Assembly (NCBI GenBank): GCA_947494155.1
Contig: CANLTW010000001.1
Coordinates: 96,001-160,000 of the forward strand
Direction of reading: 5' to 3'
Origin: Chlamydiota bacterium
GTDB taxonomy: Bacteria; Chlamydiota; Chlamydiia; Chlamydiales; RGXB01
DNA length: 64,000 nucleotides
Of the stretch, positions 9,733 through 19,879 are shown one piece after another. Position 1 is the stretch's first letter; every line of letters starts with the position of its first letter. The translations under genes and the position numbers were made by a program. Below the pieces are notes generated by a model. It had not been told where the DNA came from. It did no database searches and saw nothing but the letters and a program-made list of their open reading frames with translations.

Positions 9733-9855
9733 AAATTTACTAATCCTAGAGCAAGAATCCCCCTTTCCAAGCTAGAGACTAAAATAGCAACTGTAGCGAA
9801 AAAAAGGGTGGGATTTTTTGGTTTTCTTAGGGATAAGTACTCTAGAAGAAACGAC

Positions 9856-10623
9856 CTACTCTTCTGGGTTGTTAGAACCGAAAAACTCTTTTACCGCATG
9901 AACTGTAACCTGACCACCCATTTCAGCAATCGCCTCAACCAGATCGATTTTCTTAGGGCAAACCTGGACGCAATTTTGCGCTTTGCTGCACTCATGCAGC
10001 CCCCCTTTGCCCATTAAACTATCCAAGCGCTCCTCTTTGTTGGATTTGCCATGAGGATGCAAATTAAAAAGGCGAGCTTGTCCCACCACGGCTGCCCCCA
10101 CAAATTGGGTGGTTTTTGTATAGTTTGGGCAGGCCACAAGGCAGCAACCACAACTCATACATGTTGAAAGCTCGTACATGACCTCATGGTTTTTAGGGAG
10201 AATTTTTGGGCCAAAATCTTTACTTCGGCTCCCATCAACCTCACTCCAGCCCTGGATTCTTTTCAAATCTTGAAAAATTCTGGAACGATCGATCACTAGG
10301 TCTCGAATCAAGGGATAAGAGTTAAAAGGGGCTAAATAGATTGTATCGGATCCACTCTCCTCCAATATGGGTTGAATCATCGCTGTACAGGACTGGCGGG
10401 GAATTCCGTTGATAAGCATGGAACAAGAGCCGCAAACCTCCTCAAGACAGGCTTGCTCCCATACAACCGGAGTCGTAAGCTCCCCTTTTTTATTGATAGG
10501 GCGTCTTTGAATCTCCATTAATGCGGTGATCACGTTCATCAAAGGGGTGAGCTCTAATTCAAATTCCTCCAAAAACTGATTCCCTTCAGTCCCACGAAGA
10601 ATTTGCAAAGTGAAAGATTTCAT
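9856..10623 (-). CDS. sdhB: succinate dehydrogenase iron-sulfur subunit
   Basis: CLEEVCGSC, CMSCGCCLVACP, CSKAQNCVQVCP clusters. Confidence 0.96.
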   Translation of the reverse strand: MKSFTLQILRGTEGNQFLEEFELELTPLMNVITALMEIQRRPINKKGELTTPVVWEQACLEEVCGSCSMLINGIPRQSCTAMIQPILEESGSDTIYLAPFNSYPLIRDLVIDRSRIFQDLKRIQGWSEVDGSRSKDFGPKILPKNHEVMYELSTCMSCGCCLVACPNYTKTTQFVGAAVVGQARLFNLHPHGKSNKEERLDSLMGKGGLHECSKAQNCVQVCPKKIDLVEAIAEMGGQVTVHAVKEFFGSNNPEE

Positions 10624-10632
10624 CTAATGGCC

Positions 10633-12522
10633 TCACACGTATGCAGGGTAATGTGTTGGGATCTTTGAGAGATCCAGACTCTCCAAGGTCACCTTTTTCT
10701 TATAATCCCGTTTTGCCACAGAAAAGTATCTTGCGTCAACATCTCTAAAACTCATAACCGGCTCTGTTTCTTTAGGATCAAAAACCGCAATCGTGTGCTT
10801 TAAAAAGTTGTGATCATCACGCTCCGGAAATTCGGGCTTAAAATGGCCTCCACGAGATTCATCCCGCAACAAAGCCCCTTTTGCAATCGCTAAAGCAATC
10901 TCCAGCATCCCTTTAAATTGGTTTGCAAAAATGAACGTCTGATTCAAATCGTTTGAGGTATCATCCAGCTTGATATTCTTGTAACGCTCCCGAATCCGCT
11001 TGATCCCCTCAATCGCTTTTTTTAATCCTTCGTTATGACGCACAACAGTACAGTCCCTAACCAAAATCTCTGATAGCTCCTCGTGCAACTGGTGGATATT
11101 CTCGGTCCCTTTTTTTGCCATGAGCTCATGCTTTAAAGCCTGCTCTTTTGCAAGTGCCTTTTCAAATACCTCATCAGATATCTCCTGATAATCCCGTTTA
11201 AGCTTTTTAAGATAGCTCACCATCTCATCCCCCACAACAAGCCCATCAAAAATACACGAAATCAACGAGTTTCCACCTAAACGGTTTGCCCCATGAATCC
11301 CATATTGAGATTCCCCCACATTAAAACAGCCCGTAAGATTTGTCATGTATTTGTATCGCAAGTGCCGATCCCCGTCCTCCTCAGCCGGATAATCCACATA
11401 AGCTCCCCCCATCGTGTAATGGACTCCCGGGTAGATTTTCATCGGTTTTTCCCGAGGATCTTCCCCTGTGAATTTTTGGTAGATCTCAAAAACGGAATAG
11501 AATTTTTTCACCAGCGCTTCATCAAAACCGGTACAATCTAAGTAGACCTGTTTTCTCCCCTCCACTCCTAGACCCAATTCGCAGACTTGATGGATCGCTC
11601 TAGCAGCAATATCTCTTGGAACTAAATTCCCCAAAAGCTTGTACATGTCCTCAAGAAAATACCAGCGCTCCCCCGTTTTTCCACACTCTATCCACTGCCC
11701 GTTTTCGTCTTTGATTTGTTTTGTTTCATCCCCATACACCCAAACACGGGCAAACCCGCGCAAAGTCTCGGTCATTAAACGCAGTTTATCATGCCCCGGA
11801 ATCGATGTGGGGTGGATTTGGATGAACTCCCCGTTGGCATACTCCATCCCCTGCATAAAAAGACGGCCGTTCGCAGCTCCGGTGCAAATGGTGGAATTCG
11901 TGCTTTTTTTAAATAAAAATCCCAGCCCGCCTGAGCCAACAATAACGGCATTAGCCTTTAAAATTTCGAGTTTTAGATTGTAGTGGTCCATTAAAACAAT
12001 ACCACAAGCAACCCCCTCCTCATCTTGTATGAGCCGCATGAATTCATGGTGCTCATATTTTTTTATAAGCCCCTTTACCTCATAACGTCGCACCTGCTCG
12101 TCAAGTGCATAAAGCAGCTGCTGGCCAGTTGAAGAGCCGCAATAGACCGTCCGATTGAATGTTGTCCCACCAAAGCGCCGCACATCGAGACCACCCTCTT
12201 GATTGCGATTGAAGGTGCAGCCAAACCGATCCAGCATCTTGATAATATTGGGAGCGGCTAAACACATCTCAACCACTTGGGGTTGATTGGCTAAAAAATC
12301 GCCCCCTTTGATGGTCTCATACGCATGTATATAAGGGGAATCCCCCTCATTTTTGAGATTGACCGCAGCGTTTATCCCCCCTTGTGCACAAACCGAATGG
12401 CTCCTTTTTACCTTTGTCAAAGAGACAAGATGAACCATAATCCCGTGCTCTGCAAGGCGCATAGCAGCCGATAGACCCGCTAAACCACCGCCAACTACAA
12501 TTACCTCATTTTGTATTGCCAT
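10633..12522 (-). CDS. sdhA: succinate dehydrogenase flavoprotein subunit
   Basis: GGGLAG, RSHSVCAQGG, QIHPT, HYTMGG, HGANRLGGNSL, ESRGGH. Confidence 0.97.
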   Translation of the reverse strand: MAIQNEVIVVGGGLAGLSAAMRLAEHGIMVHLVSLTKVKRSHSVCAQGGINAAVNLKNEGDSPYIHAYETIKGGDFLANQPQVVEMCLAAPNIIKMLDRFGCTFNRNQEGGLDVRRFGGTTFNRTVYCGSSTGQQLLYALDEQVRRYEVKGLIKKYEHHEFMRLIQDEEGVACGIVLMDHYNLKLEILKANAVIVGSGGLGFLFKKSTNSTICTGAANGRLFMQGMEYANGEFIQIHPTSIPGHDKLRLMTETLRGFARVWVYGDETKQIKDENGQWIECGKTGERWYFLEDMYKLLGNLVPRDIAARAIHQVCELGLGVEGRKQVYLDCTGFDEALVKKFYSVFEIYQKFTGEDPREKPMKIYPGVHYTMGGAYVDYPAEEDGDRHLRYKYMTNLTGCFNVGESQYGIHGANRLGGNSLISCIFDGLVVGDEMVSYLKKLKRDYQEISDEVFEKALAKEQALKHELMAKKGTENIHQLHEELSEILVRDCTVVRHNEGLKKAIEGIKRIRERYKNIKLDDTSNDLNQTFIFANQFKGMLEIALAIAKGALLRDESRGGHFKPEFPERDDHNFLKHTIAVFDPKETEPVMSFRDVDARYFSVAKRDYKKKVTLESLDLSKIPTHYPAYV

Positions 12523-12526
12523 AGGT

Positions 12527-13528
12527 CTAGCTCCTCAAATTAATCCAGTAGGTGCCCCAAACAGAACTCAGGCCCATAAAACCGAGTAAAAACATCAACC
12601 CTACACAAATTTTTAACATTCTTCTTTGCGATATCTGTTTGACAACAAGACCCCATGTAATAGTGAAAGCCCAAAGACCATTAAATCCATGAAAAACCGC
12701 CGCAAGGACAAATATGGTGTATAAGATAGCTTTAATCGGGCTTTTGAACACATCGCGCACGTTCATCAATTGGGATGTACCAAAAGAGGAGGTAACAAGA
12801 ATCACTTGATCCTCCTGGAGCTCCCTTTTTGTGAGACCAGAATAAAAATCTTCCATCTCCATCGCTTTGAGTTTTTCCTTTCCAAGCTCAGAGGCCTCAA
12901 GGTTGTACTGGGTCCCATTGGCATCCACTTCTTTCAAACGCTGATCTACAAGTGCCTGTTGAGCCATCTCTTTATCAAGAGATTGCTTATACTCCTCGAT
13001 CTGTCCCGAATTGTACAGACTAAATCCTAATCTATCCTGCAGTGTGTAGAGCCCTTTGTCAAAATAGACTCTAGTAAAAAAAAGGCGCTTATTCCCCTCC
13101 TTAGCCTCCGCTGGATAGAGGTAAAATCTAAAGTTGGCGACGTGCAGAATGATTCCGATCAAAAGAATCCATGCGGTCCAGCGCTGGTAAGTGTAGGCGC
13201 GACTACGGGTGTAGGGCATGTAGGGTTTTGTCCCTTCTATTGAACCAAAAGAATTGGAGCGCCCATAAATCGCTTTTCGGATTCCGATCACCGCATGATA
13301 GGCGATTGGCACCCCGATAAAGGTGAGTTCAATCACTTGCAAATAGGGCAGATCATGAATGAAATTTACCATCCTTACGAAACCGGCACCATCATCACCG
13401 AAAAATAGTGCAGCCTGCGAGTTAGTAAGCAGGTGTTCAAAAAGGAAAATGACTATCAGTAAACCGGTTAAAGAGTGTAGCCGAGAATAGATAAATTCTT
13501 TGGGAAGATTATTTTTACGAGGATCCAT
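12527..13528 (-). CDS. sdhC: succinate dehydrogenase cytochrome b558 subunit
   Basis: RLHSLTGL-FLFEHL, heme-ligand histidines, FHGFNGLW; first gene of sdhCAB. Confidence 0.92.
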   Translation of the reverse strand: MDPRKNNLPKEFIYSRLHSLTGLLIVIFLFEHLLTNSQAALFFGDDGAGFVRMVNFIHDLPYLQVIELTFIGVPIAYHAVIGIRKAIYGRSNSFGSIEGTKPYMPYTRSRAYTYQRWTAWILLIGIILHVANFRFYLYPAEAKEGNKRLFFTRVYFDKGLYTLQDRLGFSLYNSGQIEEYKQSLDKEMAQQALVDQRLKEVDANGTQYNLEASELGKEKLKAMEMEDFYSGLTKRELQEDQVILVTSSFGTSQLMNVRDVFKSPIKAILYTIFVLAAVFHGFNGLWAFTITWGLVVKQISQRRMLKICVGLMFLLGFMGLSSVWGTYWINLRS

Positions 13529-13730
13529 CGCGTCTCATCTAAGTTAAAGTATCCAGTGCCCCTAAAAACATTTTCGCTAAAACCTTAAGAGCATAGGAGC
13601 TCACTATCAAAAGAGAGGTAAGTTTTCAGATAGCGAGCTCCTAGTCTTGTATTAAACGCTGTTTAAACGTTTTTTTGAAGTAAAATCCTCGTTAATGTGC
13701 ACTTTAAAATTTAAAAAGAAAAAAGGGCTG

Positions 13731-14471
13731 CTATAACCTAAAAAGCTCTTGGGCATTCCTATAGATCGCCTCCTGAATTACTTGCACCGGCTTTTTTTGC
13801 AACGCGGCCACCTTATCCACTATGTAAGGGATATAGGAGGGCTCATTTGTTTTTCCTCGAAAAGGCTCTGGGGCAAGCCAAGGGGCGTCGGTCTCTACAA
13901 GCATCTGAGATAGGGGGGTTGTGGAGGCGATCATTTGCATTTCTATCGCATTTTTGAATGTCACAACACCACTGAAAGAGAGGGTGAAACCCGCATCCAA
14001 GGCCCATGTTGCAATCTCTTTTGGGCCTGCAAAACAGTGTAAAATGCCCCTTTTAATCGGGTGTTTTTCCACAAATTCTTTAAGCTCATTATAGGCGTTT
14101 CGGCAGTGGATAGAGAGGGCTAAATCTAAATCATTTGCCAGCTCGATGTGCTTTTTGAAAAACTCTTTTTGTATCTCAAGGTGGTCTTTTGAATGGTGAA
14201 GATCCAAACCGGTCTCCCCTATCGCGACGATCTTTTTTTCTTCAGCCAACCGGACGATCTGCTCAAAGTGGTTGGCCTCCACCTCATGGGCATGGCAGGG
14301 ATGGATACCTGCTACCATCGGTGCTGAGGGAAACTCTTTTACAATTTTTTGCCCCCGTTCGATATCGCTAGGGTGGATACAGATATTGATGACGTGGTGC
14401 ACCCCTTTTGAAAAGGCTCTTTGTAATACCTCTTTGTAATCGTCCCCTAAATGGCAGTGTGTATCAATCAT
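13731..14471 (-). CDS. tatD: TatD family hydrolase
   Basis: MIDTHCHL, GIHP, IGETGLD, IHCR, LHCF, ETDAPWL; start moved to ATG 14471. Confidence 0.93.
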   Translation of the reverse strand: MIDTHCHLGDDYKEVLQRAFSKGVHHVINICIHPSDIERGQKIVKEFPSAPMVAGIHPCHAHEVEANHFEQIVRLAEEKKIVAIGETGLDLHHSKDHLEIQKEFFKKHIELANDLDLALSIHCRNAYNELKEFVEKHPIKRGILHCFAGPKEIATWALDAGFTLSFSGVVTFKNAIEMQMIASTTPLSQMLVETDAPWLAPEPFRGKTNEPSYIPYIVDKVAALQKKPVQVIQEAIYRNAQELFRL

Positions 14472-14584
14472 GTCTCTTGAATATTTTTTTACGGGACTAG
14501 TGTAATAGTTGAAAGGATTAAACAAGAGAGGTTTTTTGGAGGTGCATGGAGATCTTAAAAGGGATTTCAAGAAAAAGAGGTCTA

Positions 14585-14613
14585 TTGACAACTACCCAGC
14601 TAAAGAATAAGGT
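14585..14613 (+). promoter_or_regulatory. sigma66-type promoter of the tol-pal operon
   Basis: TTGACA-N17-TAAGGT, 40 nt upstream of ATG 14654. Confidence 0.55.
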
Positions 14614-14653
14614 TTACTAAAAAACTTTTTCACCGCCCTTCTAGAGAAAAATT

Positions 14654-15352
14654 ATGACATCCATTTACATTTTTGTAAGCGCTTTCAAAGACTCAGACGG
14701 TTTTGGAAAAATCATCTTCCTTCTCCTTTTTTCTGTCTCTTTCCTCTCCTGGTTCATGCTGATTTTTAAAGCACGCCAGTTTTTTTCGATAGAAAAACAG
14801 ATGCATCTTTTTCTGGAAAACTTCCAAAAAAAAGAGCAATCCATTCTTGAAAAGACCTTCTTGGAGAGCTTGACGTGTAGCCCCCTTTTTCACCTCTATA
14901 AAAACTTCAAAAAGTGCACTATAGACCTTATGGATCGCAATAGAAAACTCGACGGGGTGGATATCCATTTTCTTAGCCGCTCTGACGTGGAGATGTTAAG
15001 TAGTTTTTTGGATCAAAAAGTTCTTAAAGAGAGTAAAAGCCTCGAAAAAAATCTTTTCATCCTCTCCACCTCGATCTCTTTGGCCCCTTTTTTAGGGATT
15101 CTAGGGACTGTTTGGGGGCTTCTGGTGAGCCTAACAGGTCTAGGAAAAGGGGTCTCTGCTTTATCGAATCAGGTGGTGATGAGCGGTTTATCTACAGCAT
15201 TAGCCACCACAGTCATCGGTCTTTTGATCGCCATTCCCGCTCTCATAGGGTATAACTACTTGCGCGCTAAAGCAAAGGAAATGACCCAATCCATGCTCGG
15301 GTTTTCTGCTCTTTTAGTGCACGAAGTGGAAATGGGTTTTAGACGAGACTAG
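14654..15352 (+). CDS. tolQ: MotA/TolQ/ExbB proton channel
   Basis: APFLGILGTVWG, ALATT-GL-AIPA; tol-pal context. Confidence 0.9.
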   Translation: MTSIYIFVSAFKDSDGFGKIIFLLLFSVSFLSWFMLIFKARQFFSIEKQMHLFLENFQKKEQSILEKTFLESLTCSPLFHLYKNFKKCTIDLMDRNRKLDGVDIHFLSRSDVEMLSSFLDQKVLKESKSLEKNLFILSTSISLAPFLGILGTVWGLLVSLTGLGKGVSALSNQVVMSGLSTALATTVIGLLIAIPALIGYNYLRAKAKEMTQSMLGFSALLVHEVEMGFRRD

Positions 15353-15358
15353 CTTTAT

Positions 15359-15769
15359 ATGAGACGACGCTTTTTTGATGAGGCAACCGAGGACTTGGAA
15401 TTGATCAATCTCACCCCTTTGATTGATGTTCTTTTCACCGTTTTGGTTCTTTTCATCGTGATCTCCCCTTTTTTGGATATCGAGTCGATCCAATTGGGGC
15501 AAAAAGGGGCAGAGGCTGTGGGGCAAAGAGCGAAAAGAAAAATCCGTATTTTTGTCCAAAAAAATGAGCAGATCAAAATAAACGATACCCCAGTAACGAT
15601 CAAACAGCTCCCGGTAGTTTTACAAGAATTAAAAAAAACATTTCACGAAGATACCGTTGAGCTCTACCAAGATAAAAAATCCCCTTTTGGAACCTATTTA
15701 CAGATAAAACATGCGCTGGAACAAGCAGGCTTTGAAGAAATGGATCTTGTGGTCCAATCCGAAGGATAG
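15359..15769 (+). CDS. tolR: TolR/ExbD family protein
   Basis: INLTPLIDVLF motif. Confidence 0.9.
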   Translation: MRRRFFDEATEDLELINLTPLIDVLFTVLVLFIVISPFLDIESIQLGQKGAEAVGQRAKRKIRIFVQKNEQIKINDTPVTIKQLPVVLQELKKTFHEDTVELYQDKKSPFGTYLQIKHALEQAGFEEMDLVVQSEG

Positions 15770-16418
15770 TGCCGAAAAAATCGCTTTAAAAAGGGCCCTT
15801 CAGGTACACCTGGTACTCTTTTTATTGTTTTCTGCCAACTCATCCCCTAGCTTTTTTGGCAAACCCAAACAAAAACTGCATGTGCAAACAACCTATCTGG
15901 AAATCAAAAAAGGGGCTTTAGCAAAAGAAAAAAGTGCTTTAAATACCACCAAAAAAACCAGCCAGCCCCCCCCTTTACAAACAAAAAAGAGAGCCGAGAC
16001 AAAACAAGAGGCGAGCGTCGCAAAACACCCCCAAAAACCCAAACTTAAAAACCCCTCCCCTCAAAAGCGGATAGAGGAGCTAGAAAAAAACCTCAAAAAA
16101 ATTGAAACTTCCCAAAATGAGCCACCAAAAGAGCTTTATGTTGCTGTAGAGGCCTCACATGAGGTGAAAGAGACCCTCCCCTACGAAAGCCTTGTAGTGC
16201 ATCTTTTGCAAAAATCTCTCAAACTCATTGACCCTGAGAGTGTCGACGTGCATATCTTTGTCAACCCAAACGGAATTGTTGATAAAATACTAGAAATTGA
16301 TTCACAAAGCGCCCTGAACGCGAAAATAGTCGAGGCATCACTGGAAAAAATGGTCTTTCCCGGTTTTGAGAGTTCAGAACCTATCGAACTCCATTTGCAT
16401 CTTTGTACTGGAAACTAA
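15711..16418 (+). CDS. TolA/TonB-like energy transducer (start uncertain)
   Basis: TM helix with His (LQVHLVLF), Lys/Pro-rich linker, C-terminal domain; lies between tolR and tolB. Confidence 0.7.
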   Translation: MRWNKQALKKWILWSNPKDSAEKIALKRALQVHLVLFLLFSANSSPSFFGKPKQKLHVQTTYLEIKKGALAKEKSALNTTKKTSQPPPLQTKKRAETKQEASVAKHPQKPKLKNPSPQKRIEELEKNLKKIETSQNEPPKELYVAVEASHEVKETLPYESLVVHLLQKSLKLIDPESVDVHIFVNPNGIVDKILEIDSQSALNAKIVEASLEKMVFPGFESSEPIELHLHLCTGN

Positions 16419-16446
16419 GGTAGAATTCCTCTACTCTTTTTTGTAA

Positions 16447-17829
16447 ATGCAACGAATAGTAAACACCCTCTCTTTATCCCTTTTGAAAAAGAGCGTTTCT
16501 TTTTTATTTTTTCTTGCACCGTTATTTCTTTTTGCCAAAACCTCCACAAGCACGATTGTGATCCCTTTAGAGGTGGTAAAATCGCTACCCACAATTTATT
16601 TTTCTGACAGCCCCTCAAGCGGAGAATTCAGTGCAGCCTACAAAGACAGCCTTTATGAGGTTCTCAAAGAGGATATCGAGGAGTCCTACCATTTTGATTT
16701 GACCCTAGGGAAAATCGATATGGAGCCTCTGGTAACAGGGCCGTTAAAAACCGCTTCAAAGGAGTTAGTGGCATTCACCGCCGATTTTGTTCTTTTACCA
16801 AAAATGGAGGGGAAAAATTGCACCTTAAAAATTTATGAACCCCGTTTTCACCAAACCTCAACCGTGGCCAGCACCCCTTTAACGGGGAATTTTGAAGAGG
16901 ATCGGCAAAAAATCCACACCCTTTTTGACCAGCTCCATCTCAAAGTATTCCATCAAGAGGGGATCGCAAGCTCAAAAATCCTTTTTTGCAAAAAAACCGA
17001 GGAGATCGAAGGAGAATGGATTTCCGATATCTATGAGGTTCAACAGGATGGTACACACCTAAAGAAGATCACCTCATCGCAAAATTATCTTATCACTCCG
17101 CTAATGATTCCCAAAACGCGAAAACAAAATAGCTACGACTATCTTTTCGTGTCCTACGAAAAAGGGCAGCCTAAAATTTATAAAGCAAACTCCTCCTCAA
17201 GCGCCTCTATACCTTTACTACCATTAAGGGGTAATCAGCTACTACCCGCTTTGAGCGCTGTAGCAGATAAGATCGCTTTTATTTGCGATGCATCGGGTCG
17301 CACCGATCTTTTCTTGCAACAATTCCATCCGCAAAAGGGGGCTATAGGAAAACCGATTCAGCTTTTTTCAAAAGGCAATTCCACCCAGGCTTCTCCCTCT
17401 TTTTCGCCCTGTGGCTCCAAGCTTGCTTTTGTCTCCGACAAAGATGGTTGCCCGAAAATTTATGTACTCGACATCATCGACGCTATTCGTTCCCAAAAAA
17501 CCCCTCTGGTGCGTCTTTTAACTGTGAACCACAAAGAGTCGACATGCCCCAGCTGGTCACCCGACGGAAAAAAAATTGCTTTTAGTGCTATGAGCGAAGG
17601 GTATCGTCAAATATGGGTGATGGATCTGGATAAAAAAATAGAGATGCCTATCACTAGCGGCCCGATAGATAAGGAAAATCCCTCCTGGGCACCCGACAGT
17701 ATCCATTTGGTATACAATACCACCGGAAAAGAATCGCAAATATATACTATTGATATTGTAAAGCAAAAACCTGTAAAAATACCTACAGGGGACGGGATCT
17801 CCCATTTCCCCTCATGGGAACAAAGATGA
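16447..17829 (+). CDS. tolB: Tol-Pal beta-propeller protein TolB
   Basis: PD40-like repeats PSFSPCG, PSWSPDG, PSWAPD. Confidence 0.9.
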   Translation: MQRIVNTLSLSLLKKSVSFLFFLAPLFLFAKTSTSTIVIPLEVVKSLPTIYFSDSPSSGEFSAAYKDSLYEVLKEDIEESYHFDLTLGKIDMEPLVTGPLKTASKELVAFTADFVLLPKMEGKNCTLKIYEPRFHQTSTVASTPLTGNFEEDRQKIHTLFDQLHLKVFHQEGIASSKILFCKKTEEIEGEWISDIYEVQQDGTHLKKITSSQNYLITPLMIPKTRKQNSYDYLFVSYEKGQPKIYKANSSSSASIPLLPLRGNQLLPALSAVADKIAFICDASGRTDLFLQQFHPQKGAIGKPIQLFSKGNSTQASPSFSPCGSKLAFVSDKDGCPKIYVLDIIDAIRSQKTPLVRLLTVNHKESTCPSWSPDGKKIAFSAMSEGYRQIWVMDLDKKIEMPITSGPIDKENPSWAPDSIHLVYNTTGKESQIYTIDIVKQKPVKIPTGDGISHFPSWEQR

Positions 17830-18512
17830 GAAACCATATGAAAAAATTCACTCCGCTCGTTTTTTTCGTACTTGCGAGCTGCACCAGCACCGTTTATGAT
17901 GCATGGGAAGAGACGAAAATGGCGACAAGATCCTTTACAAAACAGGGTCTAGCTTATTTAGGTTTAATTGAAGAAGAGTCTCGTATTGTAGCTACTTCTC
18001 AAGAGATCTACCAATCCTCCGAAGAAGAATTTGTCCCTTTAAGGGATCAGGATTTGTCGAGCCAATACATGGATGAGTCCTATTCCCAGCCTAAAGAGAC
18101 AAAGGCACCTGCCAGAAAAGGGATGCATGCAACAGAACAATTCTCAAAACCCTCTTCAACCCTCTCCTCTATCTTCTCGACAGTGTACTTCAATACAGAC
18201 GAGCATGTGCTCTCGCAAAAAGAGTATTACCAGGTAATCAACAGAATCGCCTCCTACATGAAAAAAAATCCCCATGTCTATTTGAGTGTAGAGGGTCATT
18301 GTGACCAAAGAGCCTCTGAAGCCTACAATCTTGCCCTAGGGACTAGAAGAGCTCAATTCATCCGTAGCCTTTTAGTAAAAGCGGGAGTCGAATCAGACCA
18401 GATTAATACCGTCTCTTTTGGAAAAGAGCGCCCTATCTCGAAAGGAAACACAAAAGAGTCATTAGCTAAAAATCGTCGTGTTGAATTCAAAATATTCCAG
18501 CAGAGGTCCTAA
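17826..18512 (+). CDS. pal: peptidoglycan-associated lipoprotein (start may be 17838)
   Basis: lipobox LASC, VEGHCDQRAS-YN-LG-RRA, SFGKERP, NRRVEF. Confidence 0.92.
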   Translation: MRNHMKKFTPLVFFVLASCTSTVYDAWEETKMATRSFTKQGLAYLGLIEEESRIVATSQEIYQSSEEEFVPLRDQDLSSQYMDESYSQPKETKAPARKGMHATEQFSKPSSTLSSIFSTVYFNTDEHVLSQKEYYQVINRIASYMKKNPHVYLSVEGHCDQRASEAYNLALGTRRAQFIRSLLVKAGVESDQINTVSFGKERPISKGNTKESLAKNRRVEFKIFQQRS

Positions 18513-19142
18513 ATGAAATCTCTCACTCCCCTACTTGCTCTTTTAGTCTCTTGCTCCAACCTTGTTGTATCCCAAAGATCTGATAAACAACAAATGGAGT
18601 TCAGCGTCCAAAAACTCAAGAATGAGATTGAAGATCTGAAGCAGGAGATGAAAGCCCACCAAATTGAGGTGGGTATTTTAGAGGGTAAAATCATGAACCA
18701 TGAAGAGGATCTAGGCTACCTTCAAGCCCAGGACCTACCCGGAAAAACCGGGGGGCGCTTTTTAGACTCCTCTACCCTCATGGAAAAAAAGATCCTCGAA
18801 ATCGAGAGGACTCTAGAGTTGATTGTGAAGCGTTTTGACCGAATCGAAATAGAATCGAGAGAGATCGCTAAATCCTATGGGATTTATAAGCAACGCTTCC
18901 AAGACTATGAGAAATTTTTGCAGTCTCAAAATGAGTCTATGCAAGAGCTCGCTAAAACTAAAAAATCTTTTAAAGAAAAAAGCGAGGATCTGCTAGAAAC
19001 CAGCGCTTATCGTGTGCGCGCAGGCGATTCGATCGAAAAAATTGCCCGCCAATTTGGGACAACCCCAGAGCAGCTGAAAAAAATCAACCAGCTCCATAAT
19101 GATCTCATTCTTGTTGGCCAAGAAATCCGAGTTCCGAAATGA
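18513..19142 (+). CDS. coiled-coil lipoprotein with C-terminal LysM domain
   Basis: lipobox LVSC; YRVRAGDSIEKIARQF-LKKIN-ILVGQEI. Confidence 0.88.
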   Translation: MKSLTPLLALLVSCSNLVVSQRSDKQQMEFSVQKLKNEIEDLKQEMKAHQIEVGILEGKIMNHEEDLGYLQAQDLPGKTGGRFLDSSTLMEKKILEIERTLELIVKRFDRIEIESREIAKSYGIYKQRFQDYEKFLQSQNESMQELAKTKKSFKEKSEDLLETSAYRVRAGDSIEKIARQFGTTPEQLKKINQLHNDLILVGQEIRVPK

Positions 19143-19879
19143 TCTGCCTTATCGATTCGGGCATAGGTGGTCTGTTAGTCTATAAAGAGCTCAAAAAAAT
19201 CCGCCCTGAATTGCGAGTCATCTATGTTGCAGACAATAAGAACTTCCCCTACGGGATAAAATCTCCTGAAGAGATTTTAGATGCGATTAAAGATATCGAA
19301 AAAGGGCTTAAAACATTTTGTTTGGAAAAAATCACGATTGCCTGTCACACAGCTTCCATTGTACTTGAAAATTCCCCTTCAAACTTTAGTCTAATCACTA
19401 CGACCACAAAAAAACTGATCAACCAGCTCAATGAGAGGGGCTCGGTTGCTATTTTAGGGAGTAGAGCTACAATTGAAAGTGGCTACTACCAAAAGCTGTT
19501 TTTTGAAAAAGGGTTTGAAAAAATCCAAGGGTTTCCCCTGCAAGATCTCATAGGTCTTATCGAAAATCAAATCACAGAGGAGTCACTTTTAATAAAAGCA
19601 TTAGAACCTTTAATCGCCTTTTCGCCAGAAATCCTCCTTTTAGGATCGACACACTACCCCTACCTGGAGACACTTTTGGTCAAACTTTTCCCCTTCTCGA
19701 AAATTGTAAACCCCTCCAGCCAGTTTGCTTTAGAAATTTCTGCTAACGTTTTAAGCCCCTCAAAAAATGACCTAGATGAAGATCTTTTCATCACAACTAA
19801 ACACGATCCGGGATTTCTGCGTAGATTGCAAAAAAATCCAATAAATAATCTTTTAAAAAAAGATGTCAAGCGTGTATAA
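19139..19879 (+). CDS. murI: glutamate racemase-like protein with atypical active site
   Basis: DSGIGGL, D-NFPYG-K, IACHTA, LGSTHYP (canonical: ACNTA and LGCTHYP). Confidence 0.8.
   Translation: MICLIDSGIGGLLVYKELKKIRPELRVIYVADNKNFPYGIKSPEEILDAIKDIEKGLKTFCLEKITIACHTASIVLENSPSNFSLITTTTKKLINQLNERGSVAILGSRATIESGYYQKLFFEKGFEKIQGFPLQDLIGLIENQITEESLLIKALEPLIAFSPEILLLGSTHYPYLETLLVKLFPFSKIVNPSSQFALEISANVLSPSKNDLDEDLFITTKHDPGFLRRLQKNPINNLLKKDVKRV

Noticed and set aside
14472..14591. N-terminal extension of TatD
   Set aside because: TatD begins at MIDTHCH, and the extension overlaps the tolQ promoter region
15966..15973. C8 run in tolA (and C8 at 54365-54372) as phase-variation switches
   Set aside because: Homopolymers are frequent across the window and the frames are intact
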